DNA of 26,211 bases from a virus (lineage: Duplodnaviria > Caudoviricetes). Shown in pieces: positions 7,734 through 16,183 of this stretch (positions are counted from its first letter, which is position 1; each line of letters starts with the position of its first letter). The DNA lies in the IMG/VR virus record IMGVR_UViG_3300042294_000098, positions 1 through 26,211 of that record; one strand, 5' to 3'. The notes beneath the pieces are model-generated. The model saw only the letters and a list, made by a program, of their open reading frames with translations, was not told where the DNA came from and ran no database searches. The translations under genes were made by a program, and so were the position numbers.

Positions 7734-7741
7734 GAGTTAAC

Positions 7742-7924
7742 ATGAAACACAGCGACATTAAAAAAGATAAGCCGGTCATGGAGAAGATTGCTAAGAAAGC
7801 AGTCAAGGGCCATGAGCAGCGTATGCACGGTGCCAAGAAAATGGCTAAGGGCGGCGTGACTTCAGAACAGATGAAGTCCATGGGTCGCAATCTGGCTCGG
7901 GTCGCCAATCAAAAATCGGGCTAA
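7742..7924 (+). CDS. Small basic protein (60 aa)
   Basis: AGGAG RBS; KKMAKGGV motif. Confidence 0.8.
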   Translation: MKHSDIKKDKPVMEKIAKKAVKGHEQRMHGAKKMAKGGVTSEQMKSMGRNLARVANQKSG

Positions 7925-7926
7925 TC

Positions 7927-8184
7927 ATGGCTAAATTTTCACAAAAGCAGGGTGGCAAAGAAGTAGGCCAAGCTGCTGTTTACGCGGAGCCACACACCAT
8001 GGACGGTAAAAAAGTTAAAGGCGAGCTGCCTTACACAGCAGGCGCTAAAGTAATAAACGAGATGAACCCGTCAGTTGCGGGCTTGTCCAAGGGTAACTAC
8101 AAAGAAACCAAGACTACCGGCATTAAGATTCGTGGTACCGGCGCTGCAACTAAAGGCTTGATGGCTAGGGGTCCGATGGCATGA
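7927..8184 (+). CDS. Small basic protein (85 aa)
   Basis: Coupled to both neighbours; C-terminal IRGTGAATKGLMARGPMA. Confidence 0.8.
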   Translation: MAKFSQKQGGKEVGQAAVYAEPHTMDGKKVKGELPYTAGAKVINEMNPSVAGLSKGNYKETKTTGIKIRGTGAATKGLMARGPMA

Positions 8185-8900
8185 CGTACAACGAACTGTT
8201 CATTGCTGTTAAGAACTACCTGCAAAACGACTTCCCCGCAAACACGTGGACGGACGTAGCAGGTACAGGCGTAACTACGTCTGGCGGCACCGAACAGATC
8301 AACTTTTTTATTGCGCAAGCTGAAGAGCGCATATACAACACGGTGCAGATTCCTGCACTTCGCAAAAACGTTACAGGTTTGACCACATCAGGAAACAAGT
8401 ATCTGTCTTGCCCGGCTGACTTCTTGTCGGTTTTTTCAATTGCAGTTATTGATGGCAATGGCAATTTTGAGTATCTATTGAACAAAGATGTGAACTTCAT
8501 CCGGGCGGCATACCCCAACCCATCGAGCACTGGACTGCCACAGTACTACGCCTTGTTTGGCCCGACAGTCGCATCTGGTGTTGTTTCTGATGAACTGAGT
8601 TTTATTCTTGGCCCAACGCCGGATGATGACTACGACGTAGAGTTACATTATTTTTATTACCCAGAGTCAATCACGGTGGCGGCAGATGGGCGTACATGGC
8701 TTAGCGATAACTACTCACCTGTCTTGCTGTACGGTGCTTTGGTTGAGGCTTACACCTTCTTAAAGGGTGAAGTTGATTTGATCGCACAGTACGATAAGAA
8801 GTATCAGGAAGCACTGGGTCAACTGAATCGTCTGGGTACAGGTCTTGAGCGTGGCGATGCTTACCGCGATGGGCAGGCTAAGATTAAGGTGAATCCGTAA
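8181..8900 (+). CDS. Second putative head-tail adaptor-like protein (239 aa)
   Basis: MTYNEL...FIAQAEERI...GLPQYYA...LGPTPD...VLLYGALVEAY; same helix-beta-helix layout as the 6580 gene. Confidence 0.65.
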   Translation: MTYNELFIAVKNYLQNDFPANTWTDVAGTGVTTSGGTEQINFFIAQAEERIYNTVQIPALRKNVTGLTTSGNKYLSCPADFLSVFSIAVIDGNGNFEYLLNKDVNFIRAAYPNPSSTGLPQYYALFGPTVASGVVSDELSFILGPTPDDDYDVELHYFYYPESITVAADGRTWLSDNYSPVLLYGALVEAYTFLKGEVDLIAQYDKKYQEALGQLNRLGTGLERGDAYRDGQAKIKVNP

Positions 8901-9334
8901 TGCCAATCCAACAAGGACTCACAAACAGCTTCAAACAAGAGATGCTCCAAGCGGGGCAAAACTTGGCAACCGACACGTTGCGGATGGCGTTGTACACGGC
9001 TCTCTCTGATATTGGTTCACTTACCACGGTGTACACAACGGCGAACGAAGTGGTGGGTACAGGCTATGTAGCGGGTGGAGTGGCAGTAACCGGCGCGACT
9101 ATCAGCACAGAAACCACGGGGCCAAACGCCGGAACGGTGTATGTGGACTTTAACGACGTGTCATGGCCCGGTGCTAACTTTACGGCGCGTGGCGCATTGA
9201 TCTACAACGTCACTCGTAGTAACAAGTCGGTAGCCGTGCTGGACTTTGGTTCAGACAAAACATTTTCATCAGTAAGTAACACCGTTGTTATGCCGGTTAA
9301 TTCCGCTACGACGGCACTAATTCGTTTTCCTTAA
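8900..9334 (+). CDS. Putative tail structural protein (144 aa)
   Basis: TAATG coupling; SFKQE...MALYT...NEVVGTGYVAGG...ARGALIYN...VLDFGSDK. Confidence 0.7.
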   Translation: MPIQQGLTNSFKQEMLQAGQNLATDTLRMALYTALSDIGSLTTVYTTANEVVGTGYVAGGVAVTGATISTETTGPNAGTVYVDFNDVSWPGANFTARGALIYNVTRSNKSVAVLDFGSDKTFSSVSNTVVMPVNSATTALIRFP

Positions 9335-9343
9335 GAGGTTAAT

Positions 9344-9949
9344 ATGCACAAAGAACTTGGAAGCTGCGGGGATAGCGCCGTAGTCACGATGCAAGCAAAA
9401 GGCCATGTTATCCCTGAAGGCGTAGGCGTTGAGGGTTGGTATCACGTAGTCTGCCGCGATAAAGATGGCAATATTAAGTGGGAAGATGAGTTCCCCAATC
9501 TGGTCATGGCGGTGGGTAAGCAGTTGATGTTTGATACGCTACTACGCACATCTGGCACTTACACAACCGTGGGGCCGTTTCTTGGGTTGATAAAGTCGGG
9601 CTATACCGCTGCGGCTACAGATACGATGTCGTTCACGACCGCAAACGAGTTCACTAACTATACAGTAGGTGGTTTAGCGGTGCGGGGTACAGCCGTGTTT
9701 TCTGCTGCGTCATCTACTGGTTCTACCCCGTCTAACGTTACCACAGCGGCTGCTTCGTCGATTATCTACACCATTACCGGTGCAGGTGGCGTGGTTGCAG
9801 GTTGTTTCATAGCGACCGGTACAGGCGCAGTAAGTACACAATTGAGCACAGCGGGTACTTTGTACTCTGCGGGCAACTTCGCTACGGCCAAGACAACAAC
9901 ATCAGGAGATACCGTTAGCGTGACTTACAGCACAACAGCAACTTCGTAA
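9344..9949 (+). CDS. Putative tail structural protein (201 aa)
   Basis: GAGG RBS; T/S/G/A-rich beta sequence; WED...NLV and GTLYSAG...GDTVSVTY. Confidence 0.7.
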   Translation: MHKELGSCGDSAVVTMQAKGHVIPEGVGVEGWYHVVCRDKDGNIKWEDEFPNLVMAVGKQLMFDTLLRTSGTYTTVGPFLGLIKSGYTAAATDTMSFTTANEFTNYTVGGLAVRGTAVFSAASSTGSTPSNVTTAAASSIIYTITGAGGVVAGCFIATGTGAVSTQLSTAGTLYSAGNFATAKTTTSGDTVSVTYSTTATS

Positions 9950-10911
9950 TGTTTGGTTTAACGACGTTCTCAGGAGCGCCCTTCTCTTCTACAGCGGGGG
10001 CGTTTTTTGCAGACTCGGTTACTGAAAATGTAGGCGTCGCAGATACGCAGGTAATAGCAGCACAGTTTGCAGTTAGTAGGGCAGAGCCTCTGACGTTAGC
10101 AGATGCAAGTACTCAGACATCGGCGTTTTTGCAGTCATTGTCTGAGAATAGTACGTTAGGCGATAGCAGTACGCAGACTTCAGCGTTTTTACAGAGCCTC
10201 GCAGAAAATTCTACGTTGAATGATGTGTTGGTAGGAAGCGCAGGGTTTACAGTAAGCCGTACGGAAAGCAGTACGTTAAATGACGTAAGAGCGGTAGTGG
10301 CGGACTTTGCCGCAAGCCAGACAGAAAACTCAACGCTGGCAGATACAAGTACTCAGGCGTCTACGTTTTTGCAGTCAATTGTAGAGAACAGCAATTTAGA
10401 CGACGTTAGGGTCGTAACCGCTCAGTTTTTGGTAAGTATTGCGGAGAGTTTGACTGCTGATGATGCGAGAAGCATAGCAGCGCAGTTTGCGGTATCGATT
10501 ATAGAAGACTCAATAATTGATGATGAAGATATTATCGGGCTGGCGTTTTTTGACAACGTCACAGAAGCGGTAACAGTAGACGACACTCGAACTGCGGTGC
10601 TAAATTTGTTCTTTGATATGTCAGAGAATGTAACGGTAAATGATGTACGAGCGGTAGCGGCACAGTTTGCTGTGCGGTTAAGTGAGAATTTTGTAGTGTT
10701 GGATAGCAACGTCGTTCGAGGTTGGTTCACTATCTATAATGACGAAGATGCTAATTGGCAAAATATTAACAGTAACACTCCGGTTAGTTGGACCGCTATT
10801 AGTGGCAACGCTACCGGTACTTGGCAAAATATGAGTACTTCAGGTAGTACTGGGTGGGATGACATTGATACCGACCCCGGAACCAATTGGAACAAAATTA
10901 ATACGGTGTAA
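9949..10911 (+). CDS. Acidic tandem-repeat protein, putative tail fibre/shaft component (320 aa)
   Basis: TAATG coupling; twelve 20-aa repeats followed by six Trp-anchored 11-aa repeats. Confidence 0.75.
   Translation: MFGLTTFSGAPFSSTAGAFFADSVTENVGVADTQVIAAQFAVSRAEPLTLADASTQTSAFLQSLSENSTLGDSSTQTSAFLQSLAENSTLNDVLVGSAGFTVSRTESSTLNDVRAVVADFAASQTENSTLADTSTQASTFLQSIVENSNLDDVRVVTAQFLVSIAESLTADDARSIAAQFAVSIIEDSIIDDEDIIGLAFFDNVTEAVTVDDTRTAVLNLFFDMSENVTVNDVRAVAAQFAVRLSENFVVLDSNVVRGWFTIYNDEDANWQNINSNTPVSWTAISGNATGTWQNMSTSGSTGWDDIDTDPGTNWNKINTV
10006..10725 (+). repeat. 12 x 60-nt (20-aa) degenerate coding tandem repeat
   Basis: Consensus F-x-x-S-x-x-E-[NS]-x-[TN]-[LV]-x-D-x7, e.g. FLQSLSENSTLGDSSTQTSA / FLQSLAENSTLNDVLVGSAG. 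Confidence 0.9.
10723..10908 (+). repeat. 6 x 33-nt (11-aa) Trp-anchored coding repeat, last copy partial
   Basis: WFTIYNDEDAN / WQNINSNTPVS / WTAISGNATGT / WQNMSTSGSTG / WDDIDTDPGTN / WNKINTV. Confidence 0.85.
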
Positions 10912-10914
10912 ACG

Positions 10915-11409
10915 ATGCCACTTGTAGTCGCAGACAGGGTAAGAGAAACCACCACAACCGTTGGCACAGGGACGATTACGCTCGCCGGGGCAGTAACGGG
11001 GTTTCAGACTTTTGCTGCTATTGGCAATGGCAATACTACCTACTACACTATTGCTGGGCAAGGAACTAGCCAGTGGGAAGTTGGGATTGGGACGTACACA
11101 GCATCAGGTACGCTCTTATCTAGAGACATAGTGCTGGCGTCAAGTGCAGGCGCCCCAACCAAGACTACCTTTTCTGCCGGTACGAAAGACGTATTTGTCA
11201 CCTACCCAGCCAGTAAGTCCGTGTATGAGGATGAGGGGCAGGCAGTTTATGCGGGTGCTGGTACGGCGGGTATTTATTTGAACTCAAAGAATATTACGGT
11301 TAATACAACAGTAGCTTCTGGGTACAACGGTATGAGTGCTGGGATAATAACTGTAGCCGATGGTATAACGGTAACAGTGGCGGATGGCTCTCGCTGGGTA
11401 GTTGTTTAA
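10915..11409 (+). CDS. Putative tail fibre-associated protein (164 aa)
   Basis: DRVRETTTT...WEVGIGTY...KDVFVTYPA N-terminal domain; C-terminal motif NGMSAGIITVADGITVTVADGSRWVVV. Confidence 0.7.
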   Translation: MPLVVADRVRETTTTVGTGTITLAGAVTGFQTFAAIGNGNTTYYTIAGQGTSQWEVGIGTYTASGTLLSRDIVLASSAGAPTKTTFSAGTKDVFVTYPASKSVYEDEGQAVYAGAGTAGIYLNSKNITVNTTVASGYNGMSAGIITVADGITVTVADGSRWVVV

Positions 11410-11418
11410 GGAAAAAAC

Positions 11419-12627
11419 ATGGCAACCACGTACAACAATAACCTGCGAATTGCAGAGATCGGCACAGGCGATCAGGCGGGCGTGTGGGGTAACACCACTA
11501 ACTACAACTTGGCGACGTTGCTTACTGAAGCAATTACGGGCGTCACGTCGGTAACGGTTGCTGGTAATCAAGCCCTTCTTGCATTAGATGGCGTAACCGA
11601 TCAGGCTAGGCAGGCGGCATTAATTTTGGGTGGTACCCCGGTAGGTGCGTTTACCCTGTTTGTACCGCCAACGGACAAGCTTTACATCATCAGGAATAAT
11701 ACGGGCCAGACAGCGACAATTTCTGTATCTACGCTGGCTAATGGCACAACACCAACCGGCGGCACGACAGTCACAATCCCGACAGGTTTTACGGCGTTCC
11801 TCTACAGCGACGGCAACAACATCGCGGACGGCGTTAATCGAATTAACAACAGTTTGTCTGTAACTGGCAATGCAGCGTTTGGCGGTAATGGTGAGTTTAA
11901 CGGCACTGGCAGTCTGAAGGTACCTTCTGGAAATACCGGTCAACGTGCGGGTGTAGGTATTCGCTACAACACGACTTTTGGTCAATACGAAGGCTTCGAC
12001 ACTAATACGTCTTCGTGGAGTTCGATTGGTGGCGGTGCAACAGGTAGCTCGGGCAATCAGGTTTTTTACGAGAACGACCAATCGGTAACCGCCAGCTACA
12101 CCATCCCCACAAATAAGTATGCGAGCACGACAGGGCCGATGACGATTGACTCGGTTAGCTTTGTTGGTGCTATTAACAATGGCGGTATCTTAGCGGGTAC
12201 TGTTTTAACGGTAGACCCGGAGTCTTCGTTTACGGCTTCTATCTCCGGCAATGTTATGACGGTCACCGTACTAGGGTCAGGCACCATCGGGATTGGGCAG
12301 TATATTAACGGCGCTAACGTGCAGCCAAGCACGAAGATAATTTCACAGTTAACGGGAACCCCCGGTGACACAGGTACGTACGAGGTCAATATTGCGCAAA
12401 CGGTGACTTCGACAACAATCACCACCATAACTTCTGGCATTATCTATATAGGTACAGTTCTGTCCGGTGTGGGTGTAACTGTGGGTACTACGGTTACGGC
12501 GTTTGGCACAGGCAATGGTGGCGCGGGGACTTATACGGTAAGTGCATCACAGTTAACGCCGTCTGCAATAATTAGCTCCGCAGTTGCGGTAACAGTTTCC
12601 TCCGGCTCAAGGCTGGTTGTTCTCTAA
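11419..12627 (+). CDS. Putative tail fibre protein (402 aa)
   Basis: AAGGA RBS; WGNTTN N-terminus, VPSGNTGQR...IRYNTT...EG segment, T/G-rich modules, ends [10 protein letters not shown]. Confidence 0.75.
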   Translation: MATTYNNNLRIAEIGTGDQAGVWGNTTNYNLATLLTEAITGVTSVTVAGNQALLALDGVTDQARQAALILGGTPVGAFTLFVPPTDKLYIIRNNTGQTATISVSTLANGTTPTGGTTVTIPTGFTAFLYSDGNNIADGVNRINNSLSVTGNAAFGGNGEFNGTGSLKVPSGNTGQRAGVGIRYNTTFGQYEGFDTNTSSWSSIGGGATGSSGNQVFYENDQSVTASYTIPTNKYASTTGPMTIDSVSFVGAINNGGILAGTVLTVDPESSFTASISGNVMTVTVLGSGTIGIGQYINGANVQPSTKIISQLTGTPGDTGTYEVNIAQTVTSTTITTITSGIIYIGTVLSGVGVTVGTTVTAFGTGNGGAGTYTVSASQLTPSAIISSAVAVTVSSGSRLVVL

Positions 12628-12636
12628 GAGGTACAC

Positions 12637-13416
12637 ATGGCTTCTATTATTAAAGCAGGTAACGCCACAGACGGGGTACAAGTCTCGTCAGACGCAACCG
12701 GCGCACTTGATATAAAAACCGGCACAGGCGCAGGCACAACGGCGATCAGTATTGATGCTTCGCAGAATGCGACACTGGCCGGAAACCTTACAGTTACGGG
12801 TAATCTAACTGCCGGTGGCGGCGTCGTTTATAACCTTGAGCAATACGTAGCTCCCGCAACATGGACTAAACCCGCTAACCTAAAAGCTATTAAGGTCACC
12901 GTAGTGGGTGGCGGTGGGAATGGTGGTTCGGCCACGACACCAGTTACCGGAGGGGCCGGTGGTGGAGGTGGCGGCGGTGCGACTATAGATTACATACCAG
13001 CGCCTTCTATTACTTCACCTACTCCCGGACCTGTTACGGTAGCTATTACGGCGGGTGCCGGTACTAACTCGTTTGGCCCGTTTTGTTCCGCTACTGGAGG
13101 TAGCAATGGTTCAAACGCTGCTCCCGGTGGTGCCGCAGGCGGTGCAGGTGGTACAGGTAGCGGTGGACAGATTAATTTTGTTGGGAATAGTGGCACAAGT
13201 CCCAGCCCCACCGGTTTCACTGTTGCTGGTGGAGCTGGCGGTTCTTCGGCGGTGTTTACATCGATTCCTAGTAGTGGTGCAACAGACGCTGCTGGAAACC
13301 CCGCAACAATCATTGGAGGGGGTGGATCAGGAGCAGGTCGTAGCACAGCATCACCCGGTACTCGCGCAGGCGGCACAGGAGCGCCCGGTATTGTTATCGT
13401 TGAGGAGTTCTACTAA
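12637..13416 (+). CDS. Glycine-rich tail fibre/spike protein (259 aa)
   Basis: GAGG RBS; WTKP...VTVVGGGGNGG...GAPGIVIVEEFY glycine-rich domain pattern. Confidence 0.8.
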   Translation: MASIIKAGNATDGVQVSSDATGALDIKTGTGAGTTAISIDASQNATLAGNLTVTGNLTAGGGVVYNLEQYVAPATWTKPANLKAIKVTVVGGGGNGGSATTPVTGGAGGGGGGGATIDYIPAPSITSPTPGPVTVAITAGAGTNSFGPFCSATGGSNGSNAAPGGAAGGAGGTGSGGQINFVGNSGTSPSPTGFTVAGGAGGSSAVFTSIPSSGATDAAGNPATIIGGGGSGAGRSTASPGTRAGGTGAPGIVIVEEFY

Positions 13417-14258
13417 TGAGCGCAGGAATCAAAGCAAACAATGACGGCTCCGCAGCGATACAAGTTGGCGGGTCTGACTATATTGAGATCGCATCCACTG
13501 GGCCGGTTACGATACCGGGGAATTTGACGGTTACTGGTACGGCTACGGTTAATGGGGTTCCTGTTGGGGGTAACTATATCCTTAACGAGTACACATCCCC
13601 CGCACCTTGGGACGCGGCGGCTAAAAAAACTGCGGGTTTAAAAGCCGTAAAAGTTACAATTATTGGCGGCGGTGGCGGCGGAGCGGGCGGTAGAGGGACT
13701 CAATCAACGCCGGGTGGGCCCGGTACGGCCACAATAAACGGTGCTGGGGGCCCCAGTGAGGTGGGATTTGCGTACATCCCCGCAGCGTCTATACCTACCT
13801 CACCATTTACCATTGAAGCCGGAGCAGGAGGGGCAGGAGGGGTAGGACCTGCATCATTCGGTACAAGAACTAACGGCGCTTCGGGTGGAACAAGTTCATT
13901 CAGTTCTTTTGTATCAGTAACTGGAGGGCAGGGGGGCACTTCTGCAAGGGGCGCAAGAGGCGCTTTTACATCCCCAGTACCTGCAAGTCAGCAGCTAGTC
14001 TATGTTAACCCTCCTACACCTGTAACGCCCGGTAACGGACCGATTATCAATGCGTTAAATGTAGCCTTTGCTCAAGGGTATGGGTTTGATGCGACCAACG
14101 CAGTTGCAGGAGTTCCTTATACTTCTAGTCCCGGCGCAGGGTTAGGGGCAGCGGGGGCAGGCGCCCCTTCTACAGCAGGGACCCCTCCTGCGCCAGCCCC
14201 AGTGGCTACGGGGGGTAATGGCACACCCGGCATCGTCATAGTTGAAGAATTTTATTAA
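13416..14258 (+). CDS. Glycine-rich tail fibre/spike protein, paralogue of the upstream gene (280 aa)
   Basis: Shares GNLTVTG, LKA[IV]KVT[VI][VI]GGGG and the identical C-terminus PGIVIVEEFY. Confidence 0.8.
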   Translation: MSAGIKANNDGSAAIQVGGSDYIEIASTGPVTIPGNLTVTGTATVNGVPVGGNYILNEYTSPAPWDAAAKKTAGLKAVKVTIIGGGGGGAGGRGTQSTPGGPGTATINGAGGPSEVGFAYIPAASIPTSPFTIEAGAGGAGGVGPASFGTRTNGASGGTSSFSSFVSVTGGQGGTSARGARGAFTSPVPASQQLVYVNPPTPVTPGNGPIINALNVAFAQGYGFDATNAVAGVPYTSSPGAGLGAAGAGAPSTAGTPPAPAPVATGGNGTPGIVIVEEFY

Positions 14259-14271
14259 TCAGGAGGCGTAA

Positions 14272-14490
14272 ATGAAAAAAGCACTTATTTCTCCCAACGA
14301 AAAGCGCACTGATTATCAGGGCAATGTTGGTGAGCGTATCGCTCAGGTCGAGCAAACTGCATTTGAAGTAGCGGCTCCGCTGTTCTGGGTTGATTGCCCG
14401 GATGACTGCGTTGCTGATGTCTGGTGGTACTACAATGGCACTTGCGAAGTTATGCCAACACCACCTGAGCCAGAACCCGAAGCTGAATAA
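14272..14490 (+). CDS. Small acidic protein, possible tail fibre assembly chaperone (72 aa)
   Basis: AGGAGG RBS; FEVAAPLFWVDCPD...WWYYNG; follows the fibre genes. Confidence 0.6.
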   Translation: MKKALISPNEKRTDYQGNVGERIAQVEQTAFEVAAPLFWVDCPDDCVADVWWYYNGTCEVMPTPPEPEPEAE

Positions 14491-14507
14491 TAACTAGGAG
14501 AAGCCCT

Positions 14508-15635
14508 ATGTGTGATGTGCTATCGCAATTCGCGGTACAAAAGTACGTCCACTTGCCAGACTTTCTGGACAAGGAAAACTGCGCCCAATTAACGGCGGAG
14601 TTGAAGAAGCTCGTAGCAGCCAAGCAAACGACACAAGACGTACAGTGCCCGAAGTCCGAAGCCATCCATGGCGCTCAGGTGTTTGATTCTCTACTGGTGC
14701 AGTTACTGCCAAACTTTGAATTAGCATCAGGCAAGCGGCTTCTCCCAACTTATTCCTATGCTCGGCTATATGCACCGGGCGATGAACTGAAGAACCACAC
14801 TGACCGCGAGTCTTGCGAGATCAGTGCAACAGTCACACTTGGTTTTGAAGGCGATGTCTGGCCTATTTACATGGGCGACAGCATTGAGAAGGATAACGCC
14901 TCTGAGATCAAGATGGGTGTGGGCGATGCGGTTCTCTACCGGGGTATGGATAAGCATCATTGGCGCGAGGTCTATACCGAAGGGAAGTGGCAAGCACAGG
15001 TGTTTCTGCACTATGTCGATGCTGACGGCCCGCACAAAGACCACATCTACGACAAGCGCGGTAAGTTGAACCTGCCTAAGCCTGAGCCTGAGAACTTCCG
15101 TCACTGGATTTACACCGACATCTTCACGCCCGAAGCTTGCGACATTATCGTTAAGACCTACACGCAGGAAATGATCGAGACGCTGCCGCCATTCATTGGT
15201 GGGGGCGCTACAGAAAATATAAACCTTGCTATACGCAATGTCGAGCGCGTGATGCTGCCGGTCTATAAAGACATTGGTGGTCGCTTGGCTGCTGCTGGCT
15301 TTGCTGCAAATAACCGTGCGTGGAAGTTCAACGTCACTCATGCCAACCAAGGCGAGTTCTTGAAGTACCCGGCGGGTGGGCGCTATACGGCGCATGTGGA
15401 TACGTTCTTGAATCCTAACGAAGAGTGCAGAAAACTTACCGTGCTGACCTTTTTGAACGACGACTTCGAAGGCGGTAAGTTCTTTATTCAGGACGGTCAC
15501 GAGAAGTATTACCCACCGCAAGCTAAGGGCACGGTAATAGTGTTCCCATCGTTCTTGCTGCATGGGGTTGAAGATATAACCAAGGGTACACGCTACTCCG
15601 CCGTGTGTTGGCTAGTAGGCCCGTTCTTTAAATGA
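14508..15635 (+). CDS. Tandem two-domain 2-oxoglutarate/Fe(II)-dependent oxygenase (prolyl-hydroxylase/PKHD-like)
   Basis: AGGAG RBS. Domain 1: YARLY...HTD...HWRE. Domain 2: KYPAGGRYTAHVD...RKLT...LNDDFEGGKF...FPSFLLHGV...GTRYS. Confidence 0.88.
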   Translation: MCDVLSQFAVQKYVHLPDFLDKENCAQLTAELKKLVAAKQTTQDVQCPKSEAIHGAQVFDSLLVQLLPNFELASGKRLLPTYSYARLYAPGDELKNHTDRESCEISATVTLGFEGDVWPIYMGDSIEKDNASEIKMGVGDAVLYRGMDKHHWREVYTEGKWQAQVFLHYVDADGPHKDHIYDKRGKLNLPKPEPENFRHWIYTDIFTPEACDIIVKTYTQEMIETLPPFIGGGATENINLAIRNVERVMLPVYKDIGGRLAAAGFAANNRAWKFNVTHANQGEFLKYPAGGRYTAHVDTFLNPNEECRKLTVLTFLNDDFEGGKFFIQDGHEKYYPPQAKGTVIVFPSFLLHGVEDITKGTRYSAVCWLVGPFFK

Positions 15636-15640
15636 GGTGA

Positions 15641-16177
15641 ATGATGTCGTTAATTCTTAGTGGTACAGATGGAGTTCAAGATAACTCTGGCGCTATTGTG
15701 CGAGATACGGCTAAAGTAGCGGTTACCGACTTTACAACATCTGCTGATTTTACGGGCATACCGCCGTGGGTTAAACGGATTACAGTAATATTTTCCGCCC
15801 TTTCGTTGTCTGGAACCAATAACGTTATCGTAAGAATAGGCCCGTCTTCTGGCGTAGTTTCTAGCGGCTATGTAGCCGCAGCAACAACAGTATCTACCAC
15901 AACCACTAACACCACAAACGGCACTGAAGTTACATCGGGGTTTGTGCTTGGCGGGTACACCAGCACCGCATCGGCACTTCTATACGGACACGTAGTCATT
16001 ACAAACATGACCGGTAACACTTGGGTTTGTTCTGGGGTGTATCACGCTCGAAATGTTGACCGCGTTGGCAATGCTGCTGGAGCTATTATATTAGGCGACG
16101 TATTAACTCAAGTCAGCGTCACGCGCACAGGTACAGACACCTTCGACTCTGGCACAATTAATATCATTTACGAATAA
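15641..16177 (+). CDS. Putative tail fibre/receptor-binding-like protein (178 aa)
   Basis: GAGG RBS; LILSGTDGV N-terminus; DFTGIPPWVKRITV...DTFDSGTINIIYE beta domain. Confidence 0.6.
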   Translation: MMSLILSGTDGVQDNSGAIVRDTAKVAVTDFTTSADFTGIPPWVKRITVIFSALSLSGTNNVIVRIGPSSGVVSSGYVAAATTVSTTTTNTTNGTEVTSGFVLGGYTSTASALLYGHVVITNMTGNTWVCSGVYHARNVDRVGNAAGAIILGDVLTQVSVTRTGTDTFDSGTINIIYE

Positions 16178-16183
16178 TCCAAT

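Noticed and set aside
10550-10580. Other TTGACA hexamers inside coding regions (here and near 20924)
   Set aside because: No -10-like hexamer at 16-18 nt spacing.
10006-10725. CRISPR array or DGR template/variable repeat
   Set aside because: Repeats are degenerate, in frame and conserved at protein level, with no spacers, no adenine-specific mismatch pair and no reverse transcriptase in the window.
14766-15563. 265-aa antisense ORF opposite the oxygenase
   Set aside because: Same shadow-ORF effect; the + strand product has clear catalytic motifs.
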